Source: an uncultured Candidatus Rokubacteria bacterium (lineage in GTDB: Bacteria; Methylomirabilota; Methylomirabilia; Rokubacteriales; CSP1-6). From it: DNA of 64,000 nt. How positions within the stretch are numbered: position 1 is the stretch's first letter; each line of letters begins with the position of its first letter. A program made the translations under genes and the position numbers. The stretch lies in contig CAVVEU010000024.1 of the NCBI GenBank assembly GCA_963747235.1, positions 704,001 through 768,000 on the forward strand, read 5' to 3'. Shown one piece after another: positions 22,594 through 32,888 of the stretch. The notes under the pieces were generated by a model. It saw only the letters and a list, made by a program, of their open reading frames with translations. It searched no databases and was not told the origin of the DNA.

Positions 22594-23049
22594 CTACGGC
22601 GCGGGAGGCCGGCGCCGGTCAGCGACGTGCAGCGAGTCAGGCCACTGGTAGCGGAAGTACGCGTCCAGGCAGTGGCGACCGCAGGCGATGTCGGTCGGTT
22701 CGTCGAACGCCGTGCAGCGGTTCACGCCGGTGATGCGCCCGGGCAACAGCAGGCGCGGCACGGTCTCGAACTCGACCTCGACCTCATGCTGCTTGATCCG
22801 GCACCAGAAGTGACGCCGGCACGTTCCGCTGCTGGCGCAAGGCCGCCGGCTCGCGCGGGCTCGGCGGCGTGCCAGCGAGGCACCTCGGCCTCGGGGCTCA
22901 TGCCCCGCGCAGCATCGTCGGCACGCCCCGCGTCCGGAGCGCGCAGCCGCATGGCGCGCCTGAAGCTCTGCGCGCCGTCGGCGTGCAGATGATCTCCTCC
23001 TCACGATGACCGTCGCGAGCACGATCAGCGCTCTGACCACCAGTGCCAT
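22594..23049 (-). CDS. Hypothetical protein with Cys-rich C-terminal domain (possibly frameshifted)
   Basis: Hydrophobic N-terminus; C-terminal FWC...EVEVEF...VNRCTAF...IACGRHCL. Confidence 0.5.
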   Translation of the reverse strand: MALVVRALIVLATVIVRRRSSARRRRAELQARHAAARSGRGACRRCCAGHEPRGRGASLARRRARASRRPCASSGTCRRHFWCRIKQHEVEVEFETVPRLLLPGRITGVNRCTAFDEPTDIACGRHCLDAYFRYQWPDSLHVADRRRPPAP

Positions 23050-23207
23050 TGTCCGCCCCCCGTCAACGAATCCGGCCGGTCGCCCTGAGCCACCCCTCGC
23101 CCTGAAGTCCGAGACTGGATCGCCCCGGCTGGGGCCTGGATGCCCCAATAGGGCTCGCTGTGGCCCACCTCTTCGCTGAGTTCCCCGAGGGTTAGATCGC
23201 CGCGGCT

Positions 23208-23224
23208 CTGGCACAGGGCATGCT
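23208..23224 (+). promoter_or_regulatory. Putative sigma-54 (-24/-12) promoter
   Basis: CTGGCACAGGGCATGCT versus consensus YTGGCACG-N4-TTGCW, about 130 nt upstream of the gene at 23356. Confidence 0.55.
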
Positions 23225-23355
23225 CTGTGCTCTCTCCCGAGTCAGGAGCGCAAGGGAAAGCTCGCAGAGTGCCGGGGCTGTGAGGCCAGCCCGGAACGCC
23301 GCGATATCGAGTTGTGCCCGCGCCGTGATGCGCGGGCGGGAGAAAGGGGGATGTG

Positions 23356-24389
23356 ATGAAGCTTCCTTCGAAGTGGGTCCTCTCGGTGTCTGCGGTCGCG
23401 CTGGGGGTGGCCCTGGGACTGACCGTAGGAGCCGGCGATGCCCAGCAGAAGAATCAGCTGACGGCCAAGAAGGTTGCGGCGGCGCCGTCGCTGGATGGGG
23501 CGATGGACGCGAGCTGGCAGGGAGCCGCTCCGATGACCGTCAAGGTGCTCGGCGGGCGCGGGCTTCAGAACGGCTCGACCGAGGTGTCCGTCCGCGCCGT
23601 CTACACGGCCGACACCGTCTACTTCCTCATGCAGTACAAGGACGAGACCAACAGCATCCGGCGCGAGCCCTGGCAGAAGCAGGCCGACGGCTCGTGGAAG
23701 AAGCTCGACGGATCCGAGCGACAAGGGAGGCGACAACAACCTCTACTACGAGGACAAGTGGGCGGTGATCTGGAACATCAGCTCGCCCAGCCTTCGAGCA
23801 GCGCGGGTGCTTCTCCGCCTGCCACACCGGCGAAGGCAAGCCCTTCGGCAACAAGTACACCCCGAACGCCGGCGAGCGCCTCGACATGTGGCACATGAAG
23901 GGCGTCCGCACGGGCACCGTCGACCAGGTCGACGACCAGTACGTGGACAGCACCCGCTACGACAAGGACAAGGCCGCGGAGGCGGGCCGCAAGTCGGATC
24001 CCAACACGGGCGGTGGTTACATGAACAACGTGAGCGACGACAAGAAGGCCCCGAAGTTCGCACTCCCGGGGAACAAGTCCGCGCCGCCATACTGGATCAT
24101 GGGCAGCGAGAAGGAGCCGTTCGACGACTCCAAGTACAAGGCCGGCGACGAGGTCCCCGGGATCATCGTGGCCCCGTTCACCGGGGACCGCGGCGACATC
24201 TCGGCCAAGGTCATGTACAAGGACGGAGTGCGCACCAGCGTGTTCTGGCGGAAGCTCGTGACGGGCAGCGAGTACGACGTGCAGTTCAGCGATCTCAAGA
24301 AGGAGTACGCGTTCGGCGTGGCCGTGTTCGACAACGCCCAGGTGCGTCACGCCTATTCACCGGGTGTCTTGAAGATGAAGTTCGAGTAA
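23356..24389 (+). CDS. Exported heme-binding protein, ethylbenzene dehydrogenase gamma/DOMON-like domain (frameshifts near 23715-23790)
   Basis: Signal peptide; PSLDGAMDASW, VRAVYTADTVYFLMQYKD, YEDKWAVIW, CFSACH, DMWHMK, RKLVTGSEYDVQF, FGVAVFDNAQVRH. Confidence 0.75.
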
Positions 24390-24494
24390 GCGTGCGGTTG
24401 GCGGGCGGTGAAACGCCGGGGAGGCCGATCGACCCACGGAAATGAAGCGGCTGCTTCATTGCGGGTGGGCGGGCGGCAGGCTAGCCTGTGAGTG

Positions 24495-24734
24495 TGAGGG
24501 AGGTGAGCATCTCCTTCAGCGCGGTGAACCTCAACCAGGGAGGCTCGATGGAGGGGATTCCACCCGACCGGACCGGGCACCGCCGGGCTTGAGGACGCTG
24601 GCGGTGCCGGGACAGCAGCGAGGTCTCGGCAGTCCATAGATCCCGGCGCACGCCGGGACGCGGCGACCAAGGCGCCGCATGAGAACCGCCCGGTGCACGG
24701 GGTCAGCACTCCCCGTGACACCGGGCACTTTTTT
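24495..24734 (+). ncRNA. Candidate structured small RNA (may encode a 14-aa peptide)
   Basis: TTGCGG-17-TAGCCT promoter-like pair at 24459-24487, several consecutive hairpins and an intrinsic terminator; no long ORF. Confidence 0.4.
24688..24734 (+). terminator. Intrinsic terminator
   Basis: gcccggtg-cacgggg...ccccgtg-a-caccgggc hairpin followed by acTTTTTT. Confidence 0.75.
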
Positions 24735-24840
24735 GCGATCCTGGCCGCCGGCGAGCGTCCCGGGTAGCCAGGTCGGCACCTTCGAGGCGTTGGGCTGGAG
24801 CGTGTGACGGTTCCCGGGGGCGCATGCTATCTTGCCTTTC

Positions 24841-24882
24841 GTGTTTGCCTCTCCCGGCGCCATCGCGATCGAGCTCGGCCCT
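24841..24882 (+). pseudogene. Truncated duplicate of the lgt 5' end
   Basis: GTG TTT GCC TCT CCC GGC GCC ATC GCG ATC GAG (MFASPGAIAIE) nearly matches the lgt start at 24992 (MFASPGAIAFE). Confidence 0.6.
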
Positions 24883-24991
24883 GACCCGGTTCATTCGCTC
24901 GCCTGGCCGAGCGCCGGGCGAGCCACTAGCCTCGCCGCCGCACGATCGCGCCTGGCGTCGATGGCGCTGACGCCGTGGTATCGTGCAGGGC

Positions 24992-25843
24992 GTGTTTGCC
25001 TCGCCCGGCGCCATCGCGTTCGAGTTCAGCGTGCTCCAGATCCGGTGGTACGGCATCCTCATGGCCACCGCGATCCTGGTGGGCTTCTGGCTCGCCCACC
25101 GGCGCGCGCTCCAGGAGGGCTTGCCGGCCGACCAGCTCGTGCGCGCCGCGCAGTGGGCGGTGGTGGCGGGCCTGGCGGGCGCGCGCCTCTACGAGGTGGC
25201 CTTCAACTGGGACTACTACGGCCGGTATCCGGGGAAGATCATCGCGGTCTGGGAGGGTGGGCTCGCCATGCACGGCGGCCTCATCGTGGGCCCGCTCGTC
25301 GGCGCGTGGCTCGCGAGGCGGTGGGGCGTGCCGGTGCTCCGCGCGCTGGACGTCGTCGCGCCCAGCACGATCCTGGGCCAGGCCATCGGCCGCTGGGGCA
25401 ACTTCTTCAACGAGGAGGCGTTCGGGGCGCCCACGGATCTGCCGTGGAAGCTCTACATCTCGCCGAGCCACCGGCCGGTCGAGTTCCGGCAGGTCGACTT
25501 CTTCCACCCCACGTTCCTCTACGAGTCGCTGTGGAACCTGCTGGTGTTCGCGCTGCTCGTGCGCTGGATCCGGCCCCGGGTCGGCCGGTATCCCGGGGCG
25601 GTCTTCTTCGCCTACGTCGGGCTGTACTCGGTGGGCCGGTTCGCGATCGAATCGGTGCGGCTCGACAGCTTCTGGATCGGGTCGTTCCGGGTGGGACAGC
25701 TCGCGAGCGTGGCGGGCGTGCTGGTGGCGGCGGCGGGGATCCGCTGGGCCCTGCGGCGGCCGCCGATCGAGGCGGCGCCGGCCGCGGCCGCGCCGGCTAC
25801 GGGTAAAGGCCGCGGGAAACGTGGGCGTCGGCCACCCGGCTGA
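24992..25843 (+). CDS. lgt: Prolipoprotein diacylglyceryl transferase
   Basis: IRWYGILM, GARLY, WEGGLAMHGG, GQAIGRWGNFFN.EAFG, HPTFLYES. Confidence 0.95.
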   Translation: MFASPGAIAFEFSVLQIRWYGILMATAILVGFWLAHRRALQEGLPADQLVRAAQWAVVAGLAGARLYEVAFNWDYYGRYPGKIIAVWEGGLAMHGGLIVGPLVGAWLARRWGVPVLRALDVVAPSTILGQAIGRWGNFFNEEAFGAPTDLPWKLYISPSHRPVEFRQVDFFHPTFLYESLWNLLVFALLVRWIRPRVGRYPGAVFFAYVGLYSVGRFAIESVRLDSFWIGSFRVGQLASVAGVLVAAAGIRWALRRPPIEAAPAAAAPATGKGRGKRGRRPPG

Positions 25844-27059
25844 TGCCCTCCATCAGCGCGCCGGTCCGGAGGTCCACGCCGTTCTTCTGGGCGGTGCGCC
25901 ACACGCTGGTGAACGACCGCGCCATGATCTCCTGCAGGCGCGCGATGATCTCGCTCTCCTTCCAGAAGTAGTACTGCAGGCCCTGCACCCACTCGAAGTA
26001 CGACACCACCACCCCGCCCGCGTTGCACAGGATGTCCGGGATCACGGTCACCCCGCGGTCGCGCAGGATGGTGTCGGCCTCGGGCGTGGTCGGCCCGTTG
26101 GCGGCCTCCGCGATGATGCCGGCCTTGATGCGATCGGCGTTGCGCGCGTGGATGACCGAGTCCACCGCGGCGGGGATCAGCACGTCGCACGGCTGCTCCA
26201 GGATGGCCTCGTTGCTCACCGGCTCGGTGCCCGGGAAGCCGACGACGCTGCCGGTCTTGGCCACGTGGTCCTGGAGCTGGCGGACGTCGATGCCGCTCGG
26301 ATTCCACACCCCGCCCTTGACGTCGCTGATGCCCGCGATCGTGCACCCGTCGTTCCACAGGAGGCGGGCGGCCACGCTGCCCACGTTGCCGAAACCCTGG
26401 ATGACGATCTTCTTGCCCCGCAGCTCCTGGCCCAGGCTCTTGACCGCCTGGTAGAGCACGAAGACGATGCCGCGCCCGGTGGCCTCGCGCCGGCCCGCGG
26501 AGCCGCCCACGATGATCGGCTTGCCGGTGACCACGCCGGGCACGCTCTTGCCCTGGGTCATCGAGTAGGTGTCCATCATCCACGCCATGGTCTGCTCGTC
26601 GGTGCCGAGGTCGGGGGCGGGGATGTCGAGATCGGGGCCGATCATGTGGATGATCTCGGTGGTGTAGCGGCGGGTGAGGTGCTCCAGCTCGCGCGGGGAG
26701 AGCTCGCGCGGGTTGCAGCGCACGCCGCCCTTGGCCCCGCCGTAGGGCAGGCCCATCAGGGCGCACTTCCAGCTCATCAGCATCGCGAGGGCGGTCACCT
26801 CGCCCAGGTTGACCCCGAGGTCGTAGCGCAGGCCGCCCTTGGTGGGGCCGAGCGCGGTGTTGTGGTGCACCCGGTAGCCGATGAACACCTCGGTGTCGCC
26901 GCGGTCCATGCGGATCGGCACCGAGACCACGAGGGCCCGGCGCGGGAAGCGCAGCCGCTCGTGGATGTCGGAATCGAGCGCGAGCCGGGTCGCGACGCGA
27001 TCGAGCTGGGCCAGCGCGGTGCGGTGCAGCTCGGAATCGAACTCGGGCGCGTCGGTCAT
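25797..27059 (-). CDS. gdhA: Glu/Leu/Phe/Val dehydrogenase (glutamate dehydrogenase)
   Basis: GPTKGGLRY, LPYGGAKGG, DIPAPDLGT, QGFGNVG, EAANGP, NAGGVVVSYFEW. Confidence 0.92.
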   Translation of the reverse strand: MTDAPEFDSELHRTALAQLDRVATRLALDSDIHERLRFPRRALVVSVPIRMDRGDTEVFIGYRVHHNTALGPTKGGLRYDLGVNLGEVTALAMLMSWKCALMGLPYGGAKGGVRCNPRELSPRELEHLTRRYTTEIIHMIGPDLDIPAPDLGTDEQTMAWMMDTYSMTQGKSVPGVVTGKPIIVGGSAGRREATGRGIVFVLYQAVKSLGQELRGKKIVIQGFGNVGSVAARLLWNDGCTIAGISDVKGGVWNPSGIDVRQLQDHVAKTGSVVGFPGTEPVSNEAILEQPCDVLIPAAVDSVIHARNADRIKAGIIAEAANGPTTPEADTILRDRGVTVIPDILCNAGGVVVSYFEWVQGLQYYFWKESEIIARLQEIMARSFTSVWRTAQKNGVDLRTGALMEGISRVADAHVSRGLYP

Positions 27060-29212
27060 CGGTCGAGCTCCTTGGTCCGGTGCAGGCGCAGGACGGCGAG
27101 GGAGCGGCCCTCCAGCAGGTACGGCTCGCCGGTGCGCAGGGACGGGCGCTCGGCGTCGCCGTCCCAGTCGCGCGTGTCGAGCACCGGATCCCAGGTCACG
27201 CGCGTCTCGTGGGCGGGCAGCACGAAGGGCACCGGCTCGTGGTGGGCGTTGAGGAGGATCAGGAAGGTGTCGCCGACGATGGGCTCGCCCATGTCGTCCA
27301 CCTCCTCGATGGCGTCGCCGGCCAGCCGCAGCCCGAGGCAGCGGCTGAAGCTGTTCTGCCACTCCTCGTCGGTCATCTCCTGGCCGTCGGGGCGGAACCA
27401 GGCGAGGTCCTTGACCGCCGAGCCGTGGATGCGGCGGCCCTGGAAGAACATGCGCCGGTGGAAGACCGGGTTGGCGTGCTTGAGGCGGATCAGGCGCCGG
27501 GTGAACTCGATCAGGCGCTGTCCGGTCTCGGTGGGCGGCCAGTGGAACCACGACAGCTCGGTGTCCTGGCAATAGGCGTTGTTGTTGCCCCGCTGGGTGC
27601 GGCCCATCTCGTCACCCCCCAGCAGCATGGGGATGCCCTGGGACAGGAAGAGGGTGGCGAGGAAGTTCCGGAGCTGCCGCTCGCGGAGCGCGACGATCTT
27701 GGGGTCGTCGGTGGGGCCTTCGATCCCGCAGTTCCACGAGCTGTTGTCGTCGGTGCCGTCCCGGTTGTTCTCGCCGTTGGCGAGGTTGTGCTTGTCGTTG
27801 TAGGAGACGAGGTCGGCCAGCGTGAAGCCGTCGTGGGCGGTGACGAAGTTGACGCTCGCGTAGGGCCGGCGCCCGCCCATCTCGTAGAGATCGCTCGAGC
27901 CGGTGAGACGGTAGCCGAGCTCCGCCACCTGCCCCTCGTCGCCCTTCCAGTAGCGACGGATGGTGTCGCGGTACTTGCCGTTCCACTCCGTCCACCCCAC
28001 CGGGAAATTGCCCACCTGGTAGCCGCCCTGGCCCAGGTCCCACGGCTCGGCGATGAGCTTGACCTGCGAGATCACCGGGTCCTGGTGGATCACGTCGAAG
28101 AAGGCGGAGAGCCGATCCACGTCGTGCAGCTCTCGCGCGAGCGCGGCCGCGAGGTCGAAGCGGAAGCCGTCCACGTGCATCTCGAGCACCCAGTAGCGCA
28201 GGCTGTCCATCATGAGCTGGATCGTGCGCGGGTGCCGCATGTTGAGCGTGTTGCCGGTCCCGGTGTAGTCCACGTAGAAGCGCGGGTCCTCGGGGGACAG
28301 GCGGTAGTAGGCCGCGTTGTCGATGCCGCGGAAGCAGAGCGTCGGCCCGAGGTGATTGCCCTCCGCGGTGTGGTTGTACACCACGTCGAGGATCACCTCG
28401 ATGCCCGCCCGGTGCAGCCGCTTCACCATGGTCTTGAACTCGTCCACCTGCTGGCCCCGCTGCCCCGAGGAGGAGAAGCGCGAGTCGGGGCAGAAGAAGC
28501 CGATCGAGTTGTAGCCCCAGTAGTTGGTGAACCCGCGGTCGGCCTGGTACTTCTCGGTGACCGAGTGGTGGATGGGCAGGAGCTCGACCGCGGTGACGCC
28601 GAGCTCGGTCAAGTGCCGCACCGCCGCGTCGCAGGCGAGGCCCGCGTAGGTCCCGCGCAGCTCGGGCGCCACCTCGGGGTGGAGCTTGGTGAAGCCCTTG
28701 ACGTGAACCTCGTAGATGACCGTGCGCGACCAGCGGGTGAGCGGCGGGCGGTCGTCTTCCCAGTCGAACGTCCCATCCACCACCACGCTCTTGGGCAGGT
28801 ACGGCCCGCTGTCGCGATCGTGGGGCGTGGCGTCCCCCGCGGGGTCGCCGACGCGGTAGCCGAAGAAGGCGTCCTGCCATTCGAGCGTGCCCGCGATCGC
28901 CTTCGCGTACGGGTCGAGCAGCGCCTTGGCCGGGTTGAAGCGGTGCCCCTGGGCGGGCTCGTAGGGACCGTTCACCCGGTACGCGTAGAGCGCGCCGGGG
29001 CGGACGCCCGGGACGTAGGCGTGCCAGACCTGATCGGTGCGCTGCTCGAGCCGGATCTGGCGGAGCTCCTTGCCGGGTTCGCGCTCGTCGAAGAGGCAGA
29101 GCGCCACCGCGGTGGCGTGCTCGCTGAAGAGGGCGAAGTTGACGCCGGCGCCGTCCCAGGTGGCGCCGAGCGGGTACGGCCGGCCCGGGCGGGTGCGGGG
29201 AGCGTCGGCCAT
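27056..29212 (-). CDS. glgX: Glycogen debranching enzyme
   Basis: PGRPYPLGATWDGAGVNFALFS, NYWGYNSIGFF, DVVYNHTAEG, VDGFRFDLA, NFVTAHDGFTL. Confidence 0.95.
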   Translation of the reverse strand: MADAPRTRPGRPYPLGATWDGAGVNFALFSEHATAVALCLFDEREPGKELRQIRLEQRTDQVWHAYVPGVRPGALYAYRVNGPYEPAQGHRFNPAKALLDPYAKAIAGTLEWQDAFFGYRVGDPAGDATPHDRDSGPYLPKSVVVDGTFDWEDDRPPLTRWSRTVIYEVHVKGFTKLHPEVAPELRGTYAGLACDAAVRHLTELGVTAVELLPIHHSVTEKYQADRGFTNYWGYNSIGFFCPDSRFSSSGQRGQQVDEFKTMVKRLHRAGIEVILDVVYNHTAEGNHLGPTLCFRGIDNAAYYRLSPEDPRFYVDYTGTGNTLNMRHPRTIQLMMDSLRYWVLEMHVDGFRFDLAAALARELHDVDRLSAFFDVIHQDPVISQVKLIAEPWDLGQGGYQVGNFPVGWTEWNGKYRDTIRRYWKGDEGQVAELGYRLTGSSDLYEMGGRRPYASVNFVTAHDGFTLADLVSYNDKHNLANGENNRDGTDDNSSWNCGIEGPTDDPKIVALRERQLRNFLATLFLSQGIPMLLGGDEMGRTQRGNNNAYCQDTELSWFHWPPTETGQRLIEFTRRLIRLKHANPVFHRRMFFQGRRIHGSAVKDLAWFRPDGQEMTDEEWQNSFSRCLGLRLAGDAIEEVDDMGEPIVGDTFLILLNAHHEPVPFVLPAHETRVTWDPVLDTRDWDGDAERPSLRTGEPYLLEGRSLAVLRLHRTKELDR

Positions 29213-29226
29213 GAGTGGGCGCGGCC

Positions 29227-31428
29227 TCAGGCCGGGATCAGCCAGAGGGCGCCGAGCGGCGGCAGGGTGAGCACCACCGAGTGCGGCTGTCCGTGCCAGG
29301 GAACCGGCTCGCTCGCCACGCCGCCCGCGTTGCCCACGTCGCTGCCGCCGTAGACGGAGGCGTCGGAGTTGACCGCCTCCCGGTAGAAGCCGGGGCGGGG
29401 GACGCCGACCCGATAGCCCCGCCGCGCCACCGGGGTGAAGTTGCACGCGCAGAGGAGCAGCCGCTCCTGGTTCCGGGAGAAGCGGCAGAACGTCACGATG
29501 CTCTGCTCCCAGTCGCTGCAGTCCATCCACTGGAAGCCCGACGCTTCGAAGTCGACTTCGTAGAGCGACGGCTCGTTCCGGTAGACGTGGTTCAGGTCCT
29601 TCATGAGCCGCTGGACGCCGCGGTGGTACGGGCCCATGTCGAGCAGCGACCAGTCCAGCGCGCGGTCGTGGCTCCACTCGTCCGACTGGCCGAACTCGCC
29701 GCCCATGAAGAGGAGCTTCTTGCCCGGGTACGCCCACATGAACGCGTAGAGCAGGCGCAGGTTCGCGAAGCGCTGCCAGTCGTCGCCGGGCATCTTGCGG
29801 GCCAGCGAGCGCTTGCCGTAGACCACCTCGTCGTGGGAGAGCGGCAGCACGAAGTTCTCGGTCCACGCGTAGAGGAGGCCGAAGGTGAGCTGGTTGTGGT
29901 GGTACTTCCGGTGCACCGGCTCGTGCTGCATGAACTCGAGGATGTCGTGCATCCAGCCCATGTTCCACTTGAAGCCGAAGCCGAGCCCGCCGAGGTGGAC
30001 CGGGCGCGAGACCTGGGGCCACGCGGTCGATTCCTCGGCGATGGTGGAGGCGCCCGGCTGGCCGCCGTAGACCACCTCGTTCAGCTTGCGGAGGAAGGCG
30101 AGCGCCTCCAGGTTCTCGCGGCCGCCGTACTCGTTGGGGATCCACTCGCCCGCCTTCCGCGAGTAGTCGCGGTAGATCATGGAGGCGACCGCGTCCACGC
30201 GCAGGCCGTCGATGTGGTAGCGCTCGAGCCAGAACACCGCGTTGGCGATCAGGAAGTTGGCGACCTCGCGGCGGCCGTAGTTGAACACCCGGGTGCCCCA
30301 GTCGGGGTGGTCGCGCAGGTTCGGGTCGTCGTGCTCGTAGAGGTGGGTGCCGTCGAAGAAGGCGAGGCCGTGGGCGTCCTTGGGGAAGTGCGCGGGCACC
30401 CAGTCCATGATCACCCCGATGCCGCGGCGGTGGAGCGTGTCCACGAACGCCATGAACTCGGCGGGGGTGCCGTAGCGGCGCGTCGGGGCGAAGTAGCCGA
30501 GCGTCTGGTAGCCCCACGAGGCGTAGTAGGGATGCTCGGTGACCGGCATGAGCTCCACGTGGGTGAAGCCCATCTCGCTCACGTAGTCGGCGAGCTGCTC
30601 GGCCAGCTCCCGGTAGCTCGGGAGCGTGCCGGGCTCGGCGCGCCGCCACGAGCCCAGGTGCACCTCGTACACCGACATGGGGCGGTGGAGCGCGTTGCGC
30701 CGCTTGCGCTCGTCCATCCACTCCGCGTCGCCCCAGGTGAACCCGTTGAGGTCGACGACCGCGGAGGCGGTGCGCGGATCGTCCGGCTCGAAGGCGAAGG
30801 CCACCGGGTCCGACTTCAGCGCGAGCAGCCCGCCGTCCCGCCCGATGATCTCGTACTTGTAGCGGGCGCCCAGCGGCACGCCGGGCAGGAAGATCTCCCA
30901 GATGCCGTTGCCCGGGTGCAGGCGCATGGGCTGCGTCCGCCCGTCCCAGCCGTTCCAGTCGCCGACCACGCTGACCCGCCGCGCGTTGGGCGCCCACACC
31001 GCGAAGCGCACGCCGTCCACGCCTTCGTGACGGAGCGGGTGGGCCCCGAGCCGCTCGAAGAGGCGGAAGTGCGTGCCCTCGCCGAGCAGGTGCAGGTCGT
31101 AGCCGCTGAGGGTGGGCGTGAACCGGTAGGGATCCTCGATCTCGGTCACGCGCCCCTGATCGTCCACGAGGCGGAGCCGGTAGGCCAGGGGCAGCGCGCG
31201 CCGCCCCGGCACCTGGCCCTCCCAGAGGCCGCCCGGATGCGCCAGGCGCAGCGGGGTGATCGCGCCGTCGGGGGTGAGCGCGGCGGCCGCGCGGGCCGCG
31301 GGCAGGAAGGCCCGCACGCCGACCGTGCCGTCGCCGCCGGGGTGCGGGCCCAGTACCGCGAACGGGTCGCCGTGCTGGCCGGCGACGATGGTGTCCATGA
31401 CGTCGGAAGAGAGCGGCGTGAGAGGCAT
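29227..31428 (-). CDS. glgB: 1,4-alpha-glucan branching enzyme
   Basis: [45 protein letters not shown]. Confidence 0.95.
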   Translation of the reverse strand: MPLTPLSSDVMDTIVAGQHGDPFAVLGPHPGGDGTVGVRAFLPAARAAAALTPDGAITPLRLAHPGGLWEGQVPGRRALPLAYRLRLVDDQGRVTEIEDPYRFTPTLSGYDLHLLGEGTHFRLFERLGAHPLRHEGVDGVRFAVWAPNARRVSVVGDWNGWDGRTQPMRLHPGNGIWEIFLPGVPLGARYKYEIIGRDGGLLALKSDPVAFAFEPDDPRTASAVVDLNGFTWGDAEWMDERKRRNALHRPMSVYEVHLGSWRRAEPGTLPSYRELAEQLADYVSEMGFTHVELMPVTEHPYYASWGYQTLGYFAPTRRYGTPAEFMAFVDTLHRRGIGVIMDWVPAHFPKDAHGLAFFDGTHLYEHDDPNLRDHPDWGTRVFNYGRREVANFLIANAVFWLERYHIDGLRVDAVASMIYRDYSRKAGEWIPNEYGGRENLEALAFLRKLNEVVYGGQPGASTIAEESTAWPQVSRPVHLGGLGFGFKWNMGWMHDILEFMQHEPVHRKYHHNQLTFGLLYAWTENFVLPLSHDEVVYGKRSLARKMPGDDWQRFANLRLLYAFMWAYPGKKLLFMGGEFGQSDEWSHDRALDWSLLDMGPYHRGVQRLMKDLNHVYRNEPSLYEVDFEASGFQWMDCSDWEQSIVTFCRFSRNQERLLLCACNFTPVARRGYRVGVPRPGFYREAVNSDASVYGGSDVGNAGGVASEPVPWHGQPHSVVLTLPPLGALWLIPA

Positions 31429-31478
31429 CGGTTGGTCGGTCCTGCGCCGCTCGCCGGCAACCGCGCGAGCGGTGTCGT

Positions 31479-32834
31479 CTAGAACGAGCGGATCAGTCGC
31501 TCGACGCGCTCGTCGTGGCTCTGGAATGGGTCCTTGCAGAGAATGGTCTCGCGCTCCGGATCGTTGAGCTTGAGATAGACCCAGTCCACTCGGTAGTCCT
31601 TGCCCTTGAGGTTGGCCTGACGGATGAATTCGCCCCGCAGCCGGGCCCGCGTGGTCTGCGGGGGCACGTGCTTGGCGCGCTCGATGGACTCGTCGTCGGT
31701 GATGCGGTCCACCAGGTCGCGACGTACCAGACTGAAGTAGAGGCCCTTGTCGGGCCGGATGTCGTGGTACTGGAGGTCCATGAGCGAGACCTTCGGGTCC
31801 CGCCAGGACAGACGGTTCTTCTCCATGTAGGCCTGGATGAGCTGCTGCTTGATCACCCAGTCGACTTCCCGGTTGAGCTGCATCGGGTCGTCCGCGAGCT
31901 GCTCGATCACGTAGGTCCACCGCGCGAGCACGTCCCGGGTGACCGGATCCGCGTCGATGGTCTGCACGTAGCGGGTCGCGTGCTCGAGGTACTCCATCTG
32001 GAGCTGCAGCGGGGTGATGGCCCGCCCGTCCTTCAGGCGGATCGTCTCGCGCAGCGTCGGATCGTGGCTGATGTCGCGGATGGCCTGGACCGGGGACTGC
32101 AGGCTGTAGTCCCGGTCGAAGTGGCCGTCCTCGATCATGTCCAGGATCAGCGCGGTCGTGCCCACCTTGAGGTAGGTCGCGACCTCGGACATGTTGGAGT
32201 CGCCCACGATGACGTGCAGGCGGCGGTACTTCTCGGCGTCGGCGTGCGGCTCGTCCCGGGTGTTGATGATGGAGCGGGACGAGGTGGTCGCGCCCGAGAT
32301 CTCCTGGCAGATGTGCTGGGCCCGCTGCGAGAGGCAGTAGTGGAAGCCCCGCGGGGTCTGCAGCACCTTGCCCGCGCCCGCGAAGATCTGCCGGGTCACG
32401 AAGAAGGGGATCAGCCCCTCGGCCAGCCGCTGGAACGACACGTCGCGGCTCACCAGGTAGTTCTCGTGGCAGCCGTACGAGTTGCCCGCGGAGTCGGTGT
32501 TGTTCTTGAAGAGCAGGATGTGGCCGGAGATGCCGTCCTCGCGGAGCCGCTTCTCGGCCTGGTGCAGCAGGTCCTCCACGATGCGCTCGCCCGCCTTGTC
32601 GTGGATCACCAGATCGGTGATGTCGTCGCACTCGGGGGTGGCGTACTCGGGGTGGAAGCCGGTGTCGAGATAGAGCCGGGCCCCGTTCTCGAGGAAGACG
32701 TTGGCGTTGCGGGCTCCCGGAATGACCTTCTCGAAGAGGTACCGCGCCACGTTGTCGGGGGACAGGCGGCGCTGGCCGTTCAGGGTACAGGTGAGGCCGT
32801 ACTCGTTCTCGATGCCGAAAATCCGGCGCTTCAT
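31479..32834 (-). CDS. pafA: Pup--protein ligase
   Basis: [90 protein letters not shown]. Confidence 0.92.
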   Translation of the reverse strand: MKRRIFGIENEYGLTCTLNGQRRLSPDNVARYLFEKVIPGARNANVFLENGARLYLDTGFHPEYATPECDDITDLVIHDKAGERIVEDLLHQAEKRLREDGISGHILLFKNNTDSAGNSYGCHENYLVSRDVSFQRLAEGLIPFFVTRQIFAGAGKVLQTPRGFHYCLSQRAQHICQEISGATTSSRSIINTRDEPHADAEKYRRLHVIVGDSNMSEVATYLKVGTTALILDMIEDGHFDRDYSLQSPVQAIRDISHDPTLRETIRLKDGRAITPLQLQMEYLEHATRYVQTIDADPVTRDVLARWTYVIEQLADDPMQLNREVDWVIKQQLIQAYMEKNRLSWRDPKVSLMDLQYHDIRPDKGLYFSLVRRDLVDRITDDESIERAKHVPPQTTRARLRGEFIRQANLKGKDYRVDWVYLKLNDPERETILCKDPFQSHDERVERLIRSF

Positions 32835-32843
32835 GTGACCCTC

Positions 32844-32872
32844 AGGGTAACAGGGGAGCGGCCGGGGGGCAA
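32844..32872 (-). promoter_or_regulatory. Possible internal promoter for pafA
   Basis: Minus strand TTGCCC-17-TACCCT with extended TG, 9 nt before the pafA ATG. Confidence 0.4.
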
Positions 32873-32888
32873 GGATTGGCCGGGGGGC

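Noticed and set aside
25797-25843. 47-bp convergent overlap of lgt and gdhA
   Set aside because: Short tail-to-tail overlaps are common, and the low-complexity lgt tail may reflect an indel.
29227-32631. N-terminal extensions of glgB, glgX and gdhA in the ORF track, suggesting fusions
   Set aside because: The extensions are off-frame read-through of upstream genes; family similarity starts at 31428, 29212 and 27059.
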